From assembly GCA_964016885.1 (NCBI GenBank), contig CAXHJY010000275.1, positions 248,001 through 312,000 of the forward strand: a stretch of 64,000 nt of DNA, given 5' to 3'. The position numbers were made by a program, and so were the translations under genes. Each line of letters begins with the position of its first letter. The first letter of the stretch is position 1. The DNA comes from Eledone cirrhosa. Lineage: Eukaryota. The notes under the pieces were generated by a model that ran no database searches, was not told the DNA's origin, and worked only from the letters and a program-made list of their open reading frames with translations. Of this stretch, positions 15,001 to 30,000 are shown in pieces.

Positions 15001-18000
15001 TGTAGCAGTCACTGTAGCTTTGGTGTAATACGAGTTAGTTGTAGCAGTCACTGTAGCTTTGGTGTAGTACTGGTTAGTTGTAGCAGTCACTGTAGCTTTG
15101 GTGTAGTACTGGTTAGTTGTAGCAGTCACTGTAGCTTTGGTGTAGTACTGGTTAGTTGTAGCAGTCACTGTAGCTTTGGTGTAGTACTGGTTAGTTGTAG
15201 CAGTCACTGTAGCTTTGGTGTAGTACTGGTTAGTTGTAGAAGTTACTGTAGCTTTGGTGTAATACTGGTTAGTTGTAGCAGTCCCTGTAGATTTGGTGTA
15301 GTACTGGTTAGTTGTGACAGTCACTGTAGCTTTGGTGTAGTACTGGTTAGTTGTAGCAGTCACTTTAGCTTTGGTGTAATACTGGTTAGTTGTGGCAGTC
15401 ACTGTAGCTTCAGTGTAGTACTGGTTAGTTGTAGCAGTCACTGTAGCTTTGGTGTAGTACTGGTTAGTTGTAGCAGTCACTGTAGCTTTGGTGTAGTACT
15501 GGTTAGTTGTAGCAGTCACTGTAGCTTTGGTGTAGTACTGGTTAGTTGTAGCAGTCACTGTAGCTTTGGTGTAATACTAGTTAGTTGTAGCAGTCACTGT
15601 AGCTTTGGTGTAGTACTAGTTCATTGTAGCTTCAGTGAAGTACTGGTTAGTTGTAGCAGTCACTGTAGCTTTGGTGTAATACTAGTTAGTTGTAACAGTC
15701 ACTGTAGCTTTGGTGTAATACTAGTTAGTTGTAACAGTCACTGTAGCTTTGGTGTAATACTGGTTAGTTGTAACAGTCACTGTAGCTTTGGTGTAATACT
15801 AGTTAGTTGTAACAGTCACTGTAGCTTTGGTGTGATACTAGTTAGTTGTAACAGTCACTGTAGCTTTGGTGTAATACTGGTTAGTTGTAGCAGTCACTGT
15901 AGCTTTGGTGTAGTACTGGTTAGTTGTAGCAGTCACTGTAGCTTTGGTGTAATACTGGTTAGTTGTAGCAGTCACTGTAGATTTGGTGTAGTACTGGTTA
16001 GTTGTAGCAGTTACTGTAGCTTTGGTGTAATACTGGTTAGTTGTAGCAGTACCTGTAGATTTGGTGTAGTACTGATTAGTTGTGACAGTCACTGTAGCTT
16101 TGGTGTAGTACTGGTTAGTTGTAGCAGTCACTTTAGCTTTGGTGTAATACTGGTTAGTTGTGGCAGTCACTGTAGCTTCAGTGTAGTACTGGTTAGTTGT
16201 AGCAGTCACTGTAGCTTTGGTGTAATACTGGTTAGTTGTAGCAGTCACTGTAGATTTGGTGTAGTACTGGTTAGTTGTAGCAGTCACTGTAGCTTTGGTG
16301 TAGTACTGGTTAGTTGTAGCAGTCACTGTAGCTTTGGTGTAATACTGGTTAGTTGTAGCAGTCACTGTTGATTTGGTGTAGTACTGGTTAGTTGTAGCAG
16401 TTACTGTAGCTTTGGTGTAATACTGGTTAGTTGTAGCAGTCCCTGTAGATTTGGTGTAGTACTGGTTAGTTGTGACAGTCACTGTAGCTTTGGTGTAGTA
16501 CTGGTTAGTTGTAGCAGTCACTTTAGCTTTGGTGTAATACTGGTTAGTTGTGGCAGTCACTGTAGCTTCAGTGTAGTACTGGTTAGTTGTAGCAGTCACT
16601 GTAGCTTTGGTGTAGTACTGGTTAGTTGTAGCAGTCACTGTAGATTTGGTGTAGTACTGGTTAGTTGTAGCAGTCACTGTAGCTTTGGTGTAATACTGGT
16701 TAGTTGTAGCAGTCACTGTAGCTTTGGTGTAATACTGGTTAGTTGTAGCAGTCACTGTAGCTTTGGTGTAGTACTGGTTAGTTGTAGCAGTCACTGTAGC
16801 TTTGGTGTAGTACTGGTTAGTTGTAGCAGTCACTGTAGCTTTGGTGTAGTACTGGTTAGTTGTAGCAGTCACTGTAGCTTTGGTGTAATACTGGTTAGTT
16901 GTATCAGTCACTGTAGCTTTGGTGTAATACTAGTTAGTTGTAGCAGTCACTGCAGCTTTGGTGTAGTACTGGTTAGTTGTAGCAGTCAGTGTAGTATTGG
17001 TTAGTTGTAGCATTCACTGTAGCTTCAGTGTAATACTGGTTAGTTGTAGCAATCACTGTAGCTTTGGTGTAATACTGGTTAGTTGTGGCAGTCTCTGTAG
17101 CTTCAGTGTAGTAGTGGTTAGTTGTAGCAGTCACTGTAGCTTTGGTGTAATACTGGTTAGTTGTAGCAGTCACTGTAGCTTTGGTGTAATACGAGTTAGT
17201 TGTAGCAGTCACTGTAGCTTTGGTGTAGTACTGGTTAGTTGTAGCAGTCACTGTAGCTTTGTTGTAGTACTGGTTAGTTGTAGCAGTCACTGTAGCTTTG
17301 GTGTAGTACTGGTTAGTTGTAGCAGTTACTGTAGCTTTGGTGTAATACTGGTTAGTTGTAGCAGTCCCTGTAGATTTGGTGTAGTACTGGTTAGTTGTGA
17401 CAGTCACTGTAGCTTTGGTGTAGTACTGGTTAGTTGTAGCAGTCACTTTAGCTTTGGTGTAATACTGGTTAGTTGTGGCAGTCACTGTAGCTTCAGTGTA
17501 GTACTGGTTAGTTGAAGCAGTCACTGTAGCTTTGGTGTAATACTGGTTAGTTGTAGCAGTCACTGTAGATTTGGTGTAGTACTGGTTAGTTGTAGCAGTC
17601 ACTTTAGCTTTGGTGTAATACTGGTTAGTTGTGGCAGTCACTGTAGCTTCAGTGTAGTACTGGTTAGTTGTAGCAGTCACTGTAGCTTTGGTGTAATACT
17701 GGTTAGTTGTAGCAGTCACTGTAGCTTTGGTGTAATACTGGGTAGTTGTAGCAGTCACTGTAGCTTTGGTGTAGTACTAGTTAGTTGTAGCAGTCACTGT
17801 AGCTTTTGTATAGTACTGGTTAGTTGTAACAGTCACTGTAGCTTTGGTGTAATACTGGTTAGTTGTAGCAGTCACTGTAGCTTTGGTGTAATACTGGTTA
17901 GTTGTAGCAGTCACTGTAGATTTGGTGTAATACTGGTTAGTTGTAGCAGTCACTGTAGCTTTGCTGTAGTACTGGTTAGTTGTAGCAGCCACTGCAGATT

Positions 18001-21000
18001 TGGTGTAATACTGGTTAGTTGTAGCAGTGACTGTAGCTTTGGTGTAATACTGGTTAGTTGTAGCAGTCACTGTAGCTTCAGTGCAATACTGGTTAGTTGT
18101 AGCAGTCTCTGTAGCTTTGGTGTAGTACTGGTTAGTTGTGACAGTCACTGTAGCTTTGGTGTAGTACTGGTTAGTTGTAGCAGTCACTGTAGCTTTGGTG
18201 TAATACTGGTTAGTTGTAGCACTCACTGTAGCTTTGGTGTAGTACTAGTTAGTTGTAGCAGTCACTGTAGCTTTGGTGTAGTACTGGTTAGTTGTAGCAG
18301 TCACTGTAGCTTTGGTGTAGTACTGGTTAGTTGTAGCATTCACTGCAACTTTGGTGTAATACTGGTTAGTTGTAGCAGTCACTGTAGCTTTGGTGTAGTA
18401 CTGGTTAGTTGTAGCAGTCACTGTAGCTTTGGTGTAGTACTGGTTAGTTGTAGCAGTCACTGTAGCTTTGGTGTAGTACTGGTTAGTTGTAACAGTCGCT
18501 GTAGCTTTGGTGTAGTACTGGGTAGTTGTATCAGTCACTGTAGCTTTGGTGTAATACTAGTTAGTTGTCACAGTCACTGTAGCTTTGGTGTAATACTAGT
18601 TAGTTGTAACAGTCACTGTAGCTTTGGTGTAATACTGGTTAGTTGTAACAATCACTGTAGCTTTGGTGTAATACTAGTTAGTTGTAACAGTCACTGTAGC
18701 TTTGGTGTAATACTAGTTAGTTGTAACAGTCACTGTAGCTTTGGTGTAATACTGGTTAGTTGTAGCAGTCACTGTAGCTTTGGTGTAGTACTGGTTAGTT
18801 GTAGCAGTCACTGTAGCTTTGGTGTAGTACTGGTTAGTTGTAGCAGTCACTGTAGCTTTGGTGTAGTACTGGTTAGTTGTAGCAGTCACTGTAGCTTTGG
18901 TGTAATACTAGTTAGTTGTAGCAGTCACTGTAGCTTTGGTGTAGTACTAGTTCATTGTAGCTTCAGTGAAGTACTGGTTAGTTGTAGCAGTCACTGTAGC
19001 TTTGGTGTAATACTAGTTAGTTGTAACAGTCACTGTAGCTTTGGTGTAATACTAGTTAGTTGTAACAGTCACTGTAGCTTTGGTGTAATACTGGTTAGTT
19101 GTAACAGTCACTGTAGCTTTGGTGTAATACTAGTTAGTTGTAACAGTCACTGTAGCTTTGGTGTGATACTAGTTAGTTGTAACAGTCACTGTAGCTTTGG
19201 TGTAATACTGGTTAGTTGTAGCAGTCACTGTAGCTTTGGTGTAGTACTGGTTAGTTGTAGCAGTCACTGTAGCTTTGGTGTAATACTGGTTAGTTGTAGC
19301 AGTCACTGTAGATTTGGTGTAGTACTGGTTAGTTGTAGCAGTTACTGTAGCTTTGGTGTAATACTGGTTAGTTGTAGCAGTACCTGTAGATTTGGTGTAG
19401 TACTGATTAGTTGTGACAGTCACTGTAGCTTTGGTGTAGTACTGGTTAGTTGTAGCAGTCACTTTAGCTTTGGTGTAATACTGGTTAGTTGTGGCAGTCA
19501 CTGTAGCTTCAGTGTAGTACTGGTTAGTTGTAGCAGTCACTGTAGCTTTGGTGTAATACTGGTTAGTTGTAGCAGTCACTGTAGATTTGGTGTAGTACTG
19601 GTTAGTTGTAGCAGTCACTGTAGCTTTGGTGTAATACTGGTTAGTTGTAGCAGTCACTGTAGCTTTGGTGTAATACTGGTTAGTTGTAGCAGTCACTGTA
19701 GCTTTGGTGTAGTACTGGTTAGTTGTAGCAGTCACTGTAGCTTTGGTGTAGTACTGGTTAGTTGTAGCAGTCACTGTAGCTTTGGTGTAGTACTGGTTAG
19801 TTGTAGCAGTCACTGTAGCTTTGGTGTAATACTGGTTAGTTGTATCAGTCACTGTAGCTTTGGTGTAATACTAGTTAGTTGTAGCAGTCACTGCAGCTTT
19901 GGTGTAGTACTGGTTAGTTGTAGCAGTCACTGTAGCTTTGGTGTAATACTGGTTAGTTGTAGCAGTCACTGTTTTTTTGGTGTAGTACTGGTTAGTTGTA
20001 GCAGTCACTGTTTTTTTGGTGTAGTACTGGTTAGTTGTAGCAGTCAGTGTAGTATTGGTTAGTTGTAGCATTCACTGTAGCTTTGGTGTAATACTGGTTA
20101 GTTGTAGCAATCACTGTAGCTTTGGTGTAATACTGGTTAGTTGTGGCAGTCTCTGTAGCTTCAGTGTAGTAGTGGTTAGTTGTAGCAGTCACTGTAGCTT
20201 TGGTGTAATACTGGTTAGTTGTAGCAGTCACTGTAGCTTTGGTGTAATACGAGTTAGTTGTAGCAGTCACTGTAGCTTTGGTGTAGTACTGGTTAGTTGT
20301 AGCAGTCACTGTAGCTTTGGTGTAGTACTGGTTAGTTGTAGCAGTCACTGTAGCTTTGGTGTAGTACTGGTTAGTTGTAGCAGTCACTGTAGCTTTGGTG
20401 TAGTACTGGTTAGTTGTAGCAGTCACTGTAGCTTTGGTGTAGTACTGGTTAGTTGTAGAAGTTACTGTAGCTTTGGTGTAATACTGGTTAGTTGTAGCAG
20501 TCCCTGTAGATTTGGTGTAGTACTGGTTAGTTGTGACAGTCACTGTAGCTTTGGTGTAGTACTGGTTAGTTGTAGCAGTCACTTTAGCTTTGGTGTAATA
20601 CTGGTTAGTTGTGGCAGTCACTGTAGCTTCAGTGTAGTACTGGTTAGTTGTAGCAGTCACTGTAGCTTTGGTGTAGTACTGGTTAGTTGTAGCAGTCACT
20701 GTAGCTTTGGTGTAGTACTGGTTAGTTGTAGCAGTCACTGTAGCTTTGGTGTAGTACTGGTTAGTTGTAGCAGTCACTGTAGCTTTGGTGTAATACTAGT
20801 TAGTTGTAGCAGTCACTGTAGCTTTGGTGTAGTACTAGTTCATTGTAGCTTCAGTGAAGTACTGGTTAGTTGTAGCAGTCACTGTAGCTTTGGTGTAATA
20901 CTAGTTAGTTGTAACAGTCACTGTAGCTTTGGTGTAATACTAGTTAGTTGTAACAGTCACTGTAGCTTTGGTGTAATACTGGTTAGTTGTAACAGTCACT

Positions 21001-24000
21001 GTAGCTTTGGTGTAATACTAGTTAGTTGTAACAGTCACTGTAGCTTTGGTGTGATACTAGTTAGTTGTAACAGTCACTGTAGCTTTGGTGTAATACTGGT
21101 TAGTTGTAGCAGTCACTGTAGCTTTGGTGTAGTACTGGTTAGTTGTAGCAGTCACTGTAGCTTTGGTGTAATACTGGTTAGTTGTAGCAGTCACTGTAGA
21201 TTTGGTGTAGTACTGGTTAGTTGTAGCAGTTACTGTAGCTTTGGTGTAATACTGGTTAGTTGTAGCAGTACCTGTAGATTTGGTGTAGTACTGATTAGTT
21301 GTGACAGTCACTGTAGCTTTGGTGTAGTACTGGTTAGTTGTAGCAGTCACTTTAGCTTTGGTGTAATACTGGTTAGTTGTGGCAGTCACTGTAGCTTCAG
21401 TGTAGTACTGGTTAGTTGTAGCAGTCACTGTAGCTTTGGTGTAATACTGGTTAGTTGTAGCAGTCACTGTAGATTTGGTGTAGTACTGGTTAGTTGTAGC
21501 AGTCACTGTAGCTTTGGTGTAATACTGGTTAGTTGTAGCAGTCACTGTAGCTTTGGTGTAATACTGGTTAGTTGTAGCAGTCACTGTAGCTTTGGTGTAG
21601 TACTGGTTAGTTGTAGCAGTCACTGTAGCTTTGGTGTAGTACTGGTTAGTTGTAGCAGTCACTGTAGCTTTGGTGTAGTACTGGTTAGTTGTAGCAGTCA
21701 CTGTAGCTTTGGTGTAATACTGGTTAGTTGTATCAGTCACTGTAGCTTTGGTGTAATACTAGTTAGTTGTAGCAGTCACTGCAGCTTTGGTGTAGTACTG
21801 GTTAGTTGTAGCAGTCACTGTAGCTTTGGTGTAATACTGGTTAGTTGTAGCAGTCACTGTTTTTTTGGTGTAGTACTGGTTAGTTGTAGCAGTCAGTGTA
21901 GTATTGGTTAGTTGTAGCATTCACTGTAGCTTTGGTGTAATACTGGTTAGTTGTAGCAATCACTGTAGCTTTGGTGTAATACTGGTTAGTTGTGGCAGTC
22001 TCTGTAGCTTCAGTGTAGTAGTGGTTAGTTGTAGCAGTCACTGTAGCTTTGGTGTAATACTGGTTAGTTGTAGCAGTCACTGTAGCTTTGGTGTAATACG
22101 AGTTAGTTGTAGCAGTCACTGTAGCTTTGGTGTAGTACTGGTTAGTTGTAGCAGTCACTGTAGCTTTGGTGTAGTACTGGTTAGTTGTAGCAGTCACTGT
22201 AGCTTTGGTGTAGTACTGGTTAGTTGTAGAAGTGACTGTAGCTTTGGTGTAATACTGGTTAGTTGTAGCAGTCCCTGTAGATTTGGTGTAGTACTGGTTA
22301 GTTGTGACAGTCACTGTAGCTTTGGTGTAGTACTGGTTAGTTGTAGCAGTCACTTTAGCTTTGGTGTAATACTGGTTAGTTGTGGCAGTCACTGTAGCTT
22401 CAGTGTAGTACTGGTTAGTTGTAGCAGTCACTGTAGCTTTGGTGTAATACTGGTTAGTTGTAGCAGTCACTGTAGATTTGGTGTAGTACTGGTTAGTTGT
22501 AGCAGTCACTTTAGCTTTGGTGTAATACTGGTTAGTTGTGGCAGTCACTGTAGCTTCAGTGTAGTACTGGTTAGTTGTAGCAGTCACTGTAGCTTTGGTG
22601 TAATACTGGTTAGTTGTAGCAGTCACTGTAGCTTTGGTGTAATACTGGGTAGTTGTAGCAGTCACTGTAGCTTTGGTGTAGTACTAGTTAGTTGTAGCAG
22701 TCACTGTAGCTTTTGTATAGTACTGGTTAGTTGTAACAGTCACTGTAGCTTTGGTGTTATACTGGTTAGTTGTAGCAGTCACTGTAGCTTTGGTGTAATA
22801 CTGGTTAGTTGTAGCAGTCACTGTAGCTTTGGTGTAATACTGGTTAGTTGTAGCAGTCACTGTAGATTTGGTGTAATACTGGTTAGTTGTAGCAGTCACT
22901 GTAGCTTTGCTGTAGTACTGGTTAGTTGTAGCAGCCACTGCAGATTTGGTGTAATACTGGTTAGTTGTAGCAGTGACTGTAGCTTTGGTGTAATACTGGT
23001 TAGTTGTAGCAGTCACTGTAGCTTCAGTGCAATACTGGTTAGTTGTAGCAGTCTCTGTAGCTTTGGTGTAGTACTGGTTAGTTGTGACAGTCACTGTAGC
23101 TTTGGTGTAGTACTGGTTAGTTGTAGCAGTCACTGTAGCTTTGGTGTAATACTGGTTAGTTGTAGCACTCACTGTAGCTTTGGTGTAGTACTAGTTAGTT
23201 GTAGCAGTCACTGTAGCTTTGGTGTAGTACTGGTTAGTTGTAGCAGTCACTGTAGCTTTGGTGTAGTACTGGTTAGTTGTAGCATTCACTGCAACTTTGG
23301 TGTAATACTGGTTAGTTGTAGCAGTCACTGTAGCTTTGGTGTAGTACTGGTTAGTTGTAGCAGTCACTGTAGCTTTGGTGTAGTACTGGTTAGTTGTAGC
23401 AGTCACTGTAGCTTTGGTGTAGTACTGGTTAGTTGTAACAGTCACTGTAGCTTTGGTGTAATACTGGTTAGTTGTAGCAGTCACTGCAACTTTGGTGTAA
23501 TACTGGTTAGTTGTAGCAGTCACTGTAGCTTTGGTGTAGTACTGGTTAGTTGTAGCAGTCACTGTAGCTTTGGTGTAGTACTGGTTAGTTGTAGCAGTCA
23601 CTGTAGCTTTGGTGTAGTACTGGTTAGTTGTAGAAGTTACTGTAGCTTTGGTGTAATACTGGTTAGTTGTAGCAGTCCCTGTAGATTTGGGGTAGTACTG
23701 GTTAGTTGTGACAGTCACTGTAGCTTTGGTGTAGTACTGGTTAGTTGTAGCAGTCACTTTAGCTTTGGTGTAATACTGGTTAGTTGTGGCAGTCACTGTA
23801 GCTTCAGTGTAGTACTGGTTAGTTGTAGCAGTCACTGTAGCTTTGGTGTAATACTGGTTAGTTGTAGCAGTCACTGTAGATTTGGTGTAGTACTGGTTAG
23901 TTGTAGCAGTCACTTTAGCTTTGGTGTAATACTGGTTAGTTGTGGCAGTCACTGTAGCTTCAGTGTACTACTGGTTAGTTGTAGCAGTCACTGTAGCTTT

Positions 24001-27000
24001 GGTGTAATACTGGTTAGTTGTAGCAGTCACTGTAGCTTTGGTGTAATACTGGGTAGTTGTAGCAGTCACTGTAGCTTTGGTGTAGTACTAGTTAGTTGTA
24101 GCAGTCACTGTAGCTTTTGTATAGTACTGGTTAGTTGTAACAGTCACTGTAGCATTGGTGTTATACTGGTTAGTTGTAGCAGTCACTGTAGCTTTGGTGT
24201 AATACTGGTTAGTTGTAGCAGTCACTGTAGCTTTGCTGTAGTACTGGTTAGTTGTAGCAGCCACTGCAGATTTGGTGTAATACTGGTTAGTTGTAGCAGT
24301 GACTGTAGCTTTGGTGTAATACTGGTTAGTTGTAGCAGTCACTGTAGCTTCAGTGCAATACTGGTTAGTTGTAGCAGTCTCTGTAGCTTTGGTGTAGTAC
24401 TGGTTAGTTGTGACAGTCACTGTAGCTTTGGTGTAGTACTGGTTAGTTGTAGCAGTCACTGTAGCTTTGGTGTAATACTGGTTAGTTGTAGCACTCACTG
24501 TAGCTTTGGTGTAGTACTAGTTAGTTGTAGCAGTCACTGTAGCTTTGGTGTAGTACTGGTTAGTTGTAGCAGTCACTGTAGCTTTGGTGTAGTACTGGTT
24601 AGTTGTAGCATTCACTGCAACTTTGGTGTAATACTGGTTAGTTGTAGCAGTCACTGTAGCTTTGGTGTAGTACTGGTTAGTTGTAGCAGTCACTGTAGCT
24701 TTGGTGTAGTACTGGTTAGTTGTAGCAGTCACTGTAGCTTTGGTGTAGTACTGGTTAGTTGTAACAGTCACTGTAGCTTTGGTGTAATACTGGTTAGTTG
24801 TAGCAGTCACTGTAGCTTTGGTGTAATATTGGTTAGTTGTAGCAGTCACTGTAGCTTTGGTGTAATATTGGTTAGTTGTAGCAGTCACTGTAGCTTTGGT
24901 GTAATACTGGTTAGTTGTAGCAGTCATTGTAGCTTTGGTGTAATACTGGTTAGTTGTAGCAGTCACTGTAGCTTCAGTGTAGTACTGGTTAGTTGTAGCA
25001 GTCACTGTAGCTTTGTTGTAGTACTAGTTCGTTGTAGCAGTCATTGTAGCTTCAGTGTAGTACTGGTTAGTTGTAGCAGTCACTGTAGCTTTGGTGTAGT
25101 ACTGGTTAGTTGTAGCAGTCACAGTAGCTTTGGTGTAGTACTGATTAGTTGTAGCAGTCACTGTAGCTTTGGTGTAGTACTGGTTAGTTGTAGCAGTCAC
25201 TGTAGCTTTGGTGTAGTACTGGTTAGTTGTAGCAATCACTGTAGCTTCAATGTAGTACTGGTTAGTTGTAGCAGTCACTGTAGCTTTGGTGTAGTACAGG
25301 TTAGTTGTAGCAGTCACTGTAGCTTTGGTGTAATATTGGTTAGTTGTAGCAGTAACTGTAGCTTTGGTGTAATACTGGTTAGTTGTAGCAGTCACTGTAG
25401 TTTTGGTGTAGTACTGGTTAGTTGTAGCAGTCACTGTAGCATTGGTGTAATACTGGTTAGTTGTAGCAGTCACTGTAGTTTTGGTGTAGTACTGGTTAGT
25501 TGTAGCAGTCACTGTAGCTTCAGTGTAATACTGGTTAGTTGTAGCAGTCAGTGTAGCTTTGGTGTAATACTGGTTAGTTGTAGCAGTCACTGTAGCTTCA
25601 GTGTAGTACTGGTTAGTTGTAGCAGTCACTGTAGCTCTGGTGTAGTACTGGTTAGTTGTAGCAGTCACTGTAGCTTTGGTGTAATATTGGTTAGTTGTAG
25701 CAGTCACTGTAGCTTTGGTGTAGTACTGGTTAGTTGTAGCAATCACTGTAGCTTCAGTGTAGTACTGGTTAGTTGTAGCAGTCACTGTAGCTTTGGTGTA
25801 GTACTGGTTAGTTGTAGCAATCACTGTAGCTTCAGTCTAGTACTGGTTAGTTGTAGCAGTCAATGTAGCTTTGGTGTAGTACTGGTTAGTTGTAGCAATC
25901 ACTGTAGCTTTGGTGTAGTACTAGTTCGTTGTAGCAGTCATTGTAGCTTCAGTGTAGTACTGGTTAGTTGTAATAGTCACTGTAGCTTCAGTGTAATACT
26001 GGTTAGTTGTAGCAGTCACTGTAGCTTCAGTGTAATAATGGTTAGTTGTAGCAGTCACTGTAGCTTTGGTGTAATACTGGTTAGTTGTAGCAGTCACTGT
26101 AGCTTTGGTGTAATACTGGTTAGTTGTAGCAGTCACTGTAGCTTTGGTGTAGTACTGGTTAGTTGTAGCAGTCACTGTAGTTTTGGTGTAATACTGGTTA
26201 GTTGTAGCAGTCACTCTAGCTTTGGTGTAATACTGGTTAGTTGTAGCAGTCACTGTAGCTTCAGTGTAGTACTCGTTAGTTGTAGCAGTCACTGTAGCTT
26301 TGGTGTAATACTGGTTAGTTGTAGCAGTCACTGTAGCTTCAGTGTAGTACTGGTTAGTTGTAGCAGTCACTGTAGCTTTGGTGTAGTACTGGTTAGTTGT
26401 AGCAGTCACTGTAGCTTTGGTGTAATATTGGTTAGTTGTAACAGTCACTGTAGCTTTGGTGTAATACTGGTTAGTTGTAGCAGTGACTGTAGCTTTGGTG
26501 TAATACTGGTTAGTTGTAGCAGTCACTGTAGCTTTGGTGTAGTACTAGTTCGTTGTAGCTGTCATTGTAGCTTCAGTGTAGTACTGGTTAGTTGTAGCAG
26601 TCACTGTAGTTTTGGTGTAGTACTGGTTAGTTGTAGCAGTCACTGTAGCTTCAGTGTAGTACTGGTTAGTTGTAGCAGTCACTGTAGCTCTGGTGTAGTA
26701 CTGGTTAGTTGTAGCAGTCACTGTAGCTTTGGTGTAGTACTGGTTAGTTGTAGCAATCACTGTAGCTTCAGTGTAGTACTGGTTAGTTGTAGCAGTCACT
26801 GTAGCGTTGGTGTAATACTGGTTAGTTGTAGCAGTCACTGTAGCTTTGGTGTAGTACTGGTTAGTTGTAGCAATCCCTGTAGCTTCAGTCTAGTACTGGT
26901 TAGTTGTAGCAGTCACTGTAGCTTTGGTGTAATACTGGTTAGTTGTAGCAGTCACTGTTTTTTTGGTGTAGTACTGGTTAGTTGTAGCAGTCACTGTTTT

Positions 27001-30000
27001 TTTGGTGTAGTACTGGTTAGTTGTAGCAGTCAGTGTAGTATTGGTTAGTTGTAGCATTCACTGTAGCTTCAGTGTAATACTGGTTAGTTGTAGCAATCAC
27101 TGTAGCTTTGGTGTAATACTGGTTAGTTGTGGCAGTCTCTGTAGCTTCAGTGTAGTAGTGGTTAGTTGTAGCAGTCACTGTAGCTTTGGTGTAATACTGG
27201 TTAGTTGTAGCAGTCACTGTAGCTTTGGTGTAATACGAGTTAGTTGTAGCAGTCACTGTAGCTTTGGTGTAGTACTGGTTAGTTGTAGCAGTCACTGTAG
27301 CTTTGGTGTAGTACTGGTTAGTTGTAGCAGTCACTGTAGCTTTGGTGTAGTACTGGTTAGTTGTAGAAGTTACTGTAGCTTTGGTGTAATACTGGTTAGT
27401 TGTAGCAGTCCCTGTAGATTTGGGGTAGTACTGGTTAGTTGTGACAGTCACTGTAGCTTTGGTGTAGTACTGGTTAGTTGTAGCAGTCACTTTAGCTTTG
27501 GTGTAATACTGGTTAGTTGTGGCAGTCACTGTAGCTTCAGTGTAGTACTGGTTAGTTGTAGCAGTCACTGTAGCTTTGGTGTAATACTGGTTAGTTGTAG
27601 CAGTCACTGTAGATTTGGTGTAGTACTGGTTAGTTGTAGCAGTCACTTTAGCTTTGGTGTAATACTGGTTAGTTGTGGCAGTCACTGTAGCTTCAGTGTA
27701 GTACTGGTTAGTTGTAGCAGTCACTGTAGCTTTGGTGTAATACTGGTTAGTTGTAGCAGTCACTGTAGCTTTGGTGTAATTCTGGGTAGTTGTAGCAGTC
27801 ACTGTAGCTTTGGTGTAGTACTAGTTAGTTGTAGCAGTCACTGTAGCTTTTGTATAGTGCTGGTTAGTTGTAACAGTCACTGTAGCTTTGGTGTTATACT
27901 GGTTAGTTGTAGCAGTCACTGTAGCTTTGGTGTAATACTGGTTAGTTGTAGCAGTCACTGTAGCTTTGGTGTAATACTGGTTAGTTGTTGCAGTCACTGT
28001 AGATTTGGTGTAATACTGGTTAGTTGTAGCAGTCACTGTAGCTTTGCTGTAGTACTGGTTAGTTGTAGCAGCCACTGCAGATTTGGTGTAATACTGGTTA
28101 GTTGTAGCAGTGACTGTAGCTTTGGTGTAATACTGGTTAGTTGTAGCAGTCACTGTAGCTTCAGTGCAATACTGGTTAGTTGTAGCAGTCTCTGTAGCTT
28201 TGGTGTAGTACTGGTTAGTTGTGACAGTCACTGTAGCTTTGGTGTAGTACTGGTTAGTTGTAGCAGTCACTGTAGCTTTGGTGTAATACTGGTTAGTTGT
28301 AGCACTCACTGTAGCTTTGGTGTAGTACTAGTTAGTTGTAGCAGTCACTGTAGCTTTGGTGTAGTACTGGTTAGTTGTAGCAGTCACTGTAGCTTTGGTG
28401 TAGTACTGGTTAGTTGTAGCATTCACTGCAACTTTGGTGTAATACTGGTTAGTTGTAGCAGTCACTGTAGCTTTGGTGTAGTACTGGTTAGTTGTAGCAG
28501 TCACTGTAGCTTTGGTGTAGTACTGGTTAGTTGTAGCAGTCACTGTAGCTTTGGTGTAGTACTGGTTAGTTGTAACAGTCACTGTAGCTTTGGTGTAATA
28601 CTGGTTAGTTGTAGCAGTCACTGTAGCTTTGGTGTAATATTGGTTAGTTGTAGCAGTCACTGTAGCTTTGGTGTAATATTGGTTAGTTGTAGCAGTCACT
28701 GTAGCTTTGGTGTAATACTGGTTAGTTGTAGCAGTCATTGTAGCTTTGGTGTAATACTGGTTAGTTGTAGCAGTCACTGTAGCTTCAGTGTAGTACTGGT
28801 TAGTTGTAGCAGTCACTGTAGCTTTGTTGTAGTACTAGTTCGTTGTAGCAGTCATTGTAGCTTCAGTGTAGTACTGGTTAGTTGTAGCAGTCACTGTAGC
28901 TTTGGTGTAGTACTGGTTAGTTGTAGCAGTCACAGTAGCTTTGGTGTAGTACTGATTAGTTGTAGCAGTCACTGTAGCTTTGGTGTAGTACTGGTTAGTT
29001 GTAGCAGTCACTGTAGCTTTGGTGTAGTACTGGTTAGTTGTAGCAAACACTGTAGCTTCAGTGTAGTACTGGTTAGTTGTAGCAGTCACTGTAGCTTTGG
29101 TGTAGTACAGGTTAGTTGTAGCAGTCACTGTAGCTTTGGTGTAATATTGGTTAGTTGTAGCAGTAACTGTAGCTTTGGTGTAATACTGGTTAGTTGTAGC
29201 AGTCACTGTAGCATTGGTGTAATACTGGTTAGTTGTAGCAGTCACTGTAGTTTTGGTGTAGTACTGGTTAGTTGTAGCAGTCACTGTAGCTTCAGTGTAA
29301 TACTGGTTAGTTGTAGCAGTCAGTGTAGCTTTGGTGTAATACTGGTTAGTTGTAGCAGTCACTGTAGCTTCAGTGTAGTACTGGTTAGTTGTAGCAGTCA
29401 CTGTAGCTCTGGTGTAGTACTGGTTAGTTGTAGCAGTCACTGTAGCTTTGGTGTAATATTGGTTAGTTGTAGCAGTCACTGTAGCTTTGGTGTAGTACTG
29501 TTTAGTTGTAGCAATCACTGTAGCTTCAGTGTAGTACTGGTTAGTTGTAGCAGTCACTGTAGCGTTGGTGTAATACTGGTTAGTTGTAGCAGTCACTGTA
29601 GCTTTGGTGTAGTACTGGTTAGTTGTAGCAATCACTGTAGCTTCAGTCTAGTACTGGTTAGTTGTAGCAGTCAATGTAGCTTTGGTGTAGTACTGGTTAG
29701 TTGTAGCAATCACTGTAGCTTTGGTCTAGTACTAGTTCGTTGTAGCAGTCATTGTAGCTTCAGTGTAGTACTGGTTAGTTGTAATAGTCACTGTAGCTTC
29801 AGTGTAATACTGGTTAGTTGTAGCAGTCACTGTAGCTTCAGTGTAATAATGGTTAGTTGTAGCAGTCACTGTAGCTTTGGTGTAATACTGGTTAGTGGTA
29901 GCAGTCACTGTAGCTTTGGTGTAATACTGGTTAGTTGTAGCAGTCACTGTAGCTTTGGTGTAGTACTGGTTAGTTGTAGCAGTCACTGTAGTTTTGGTGT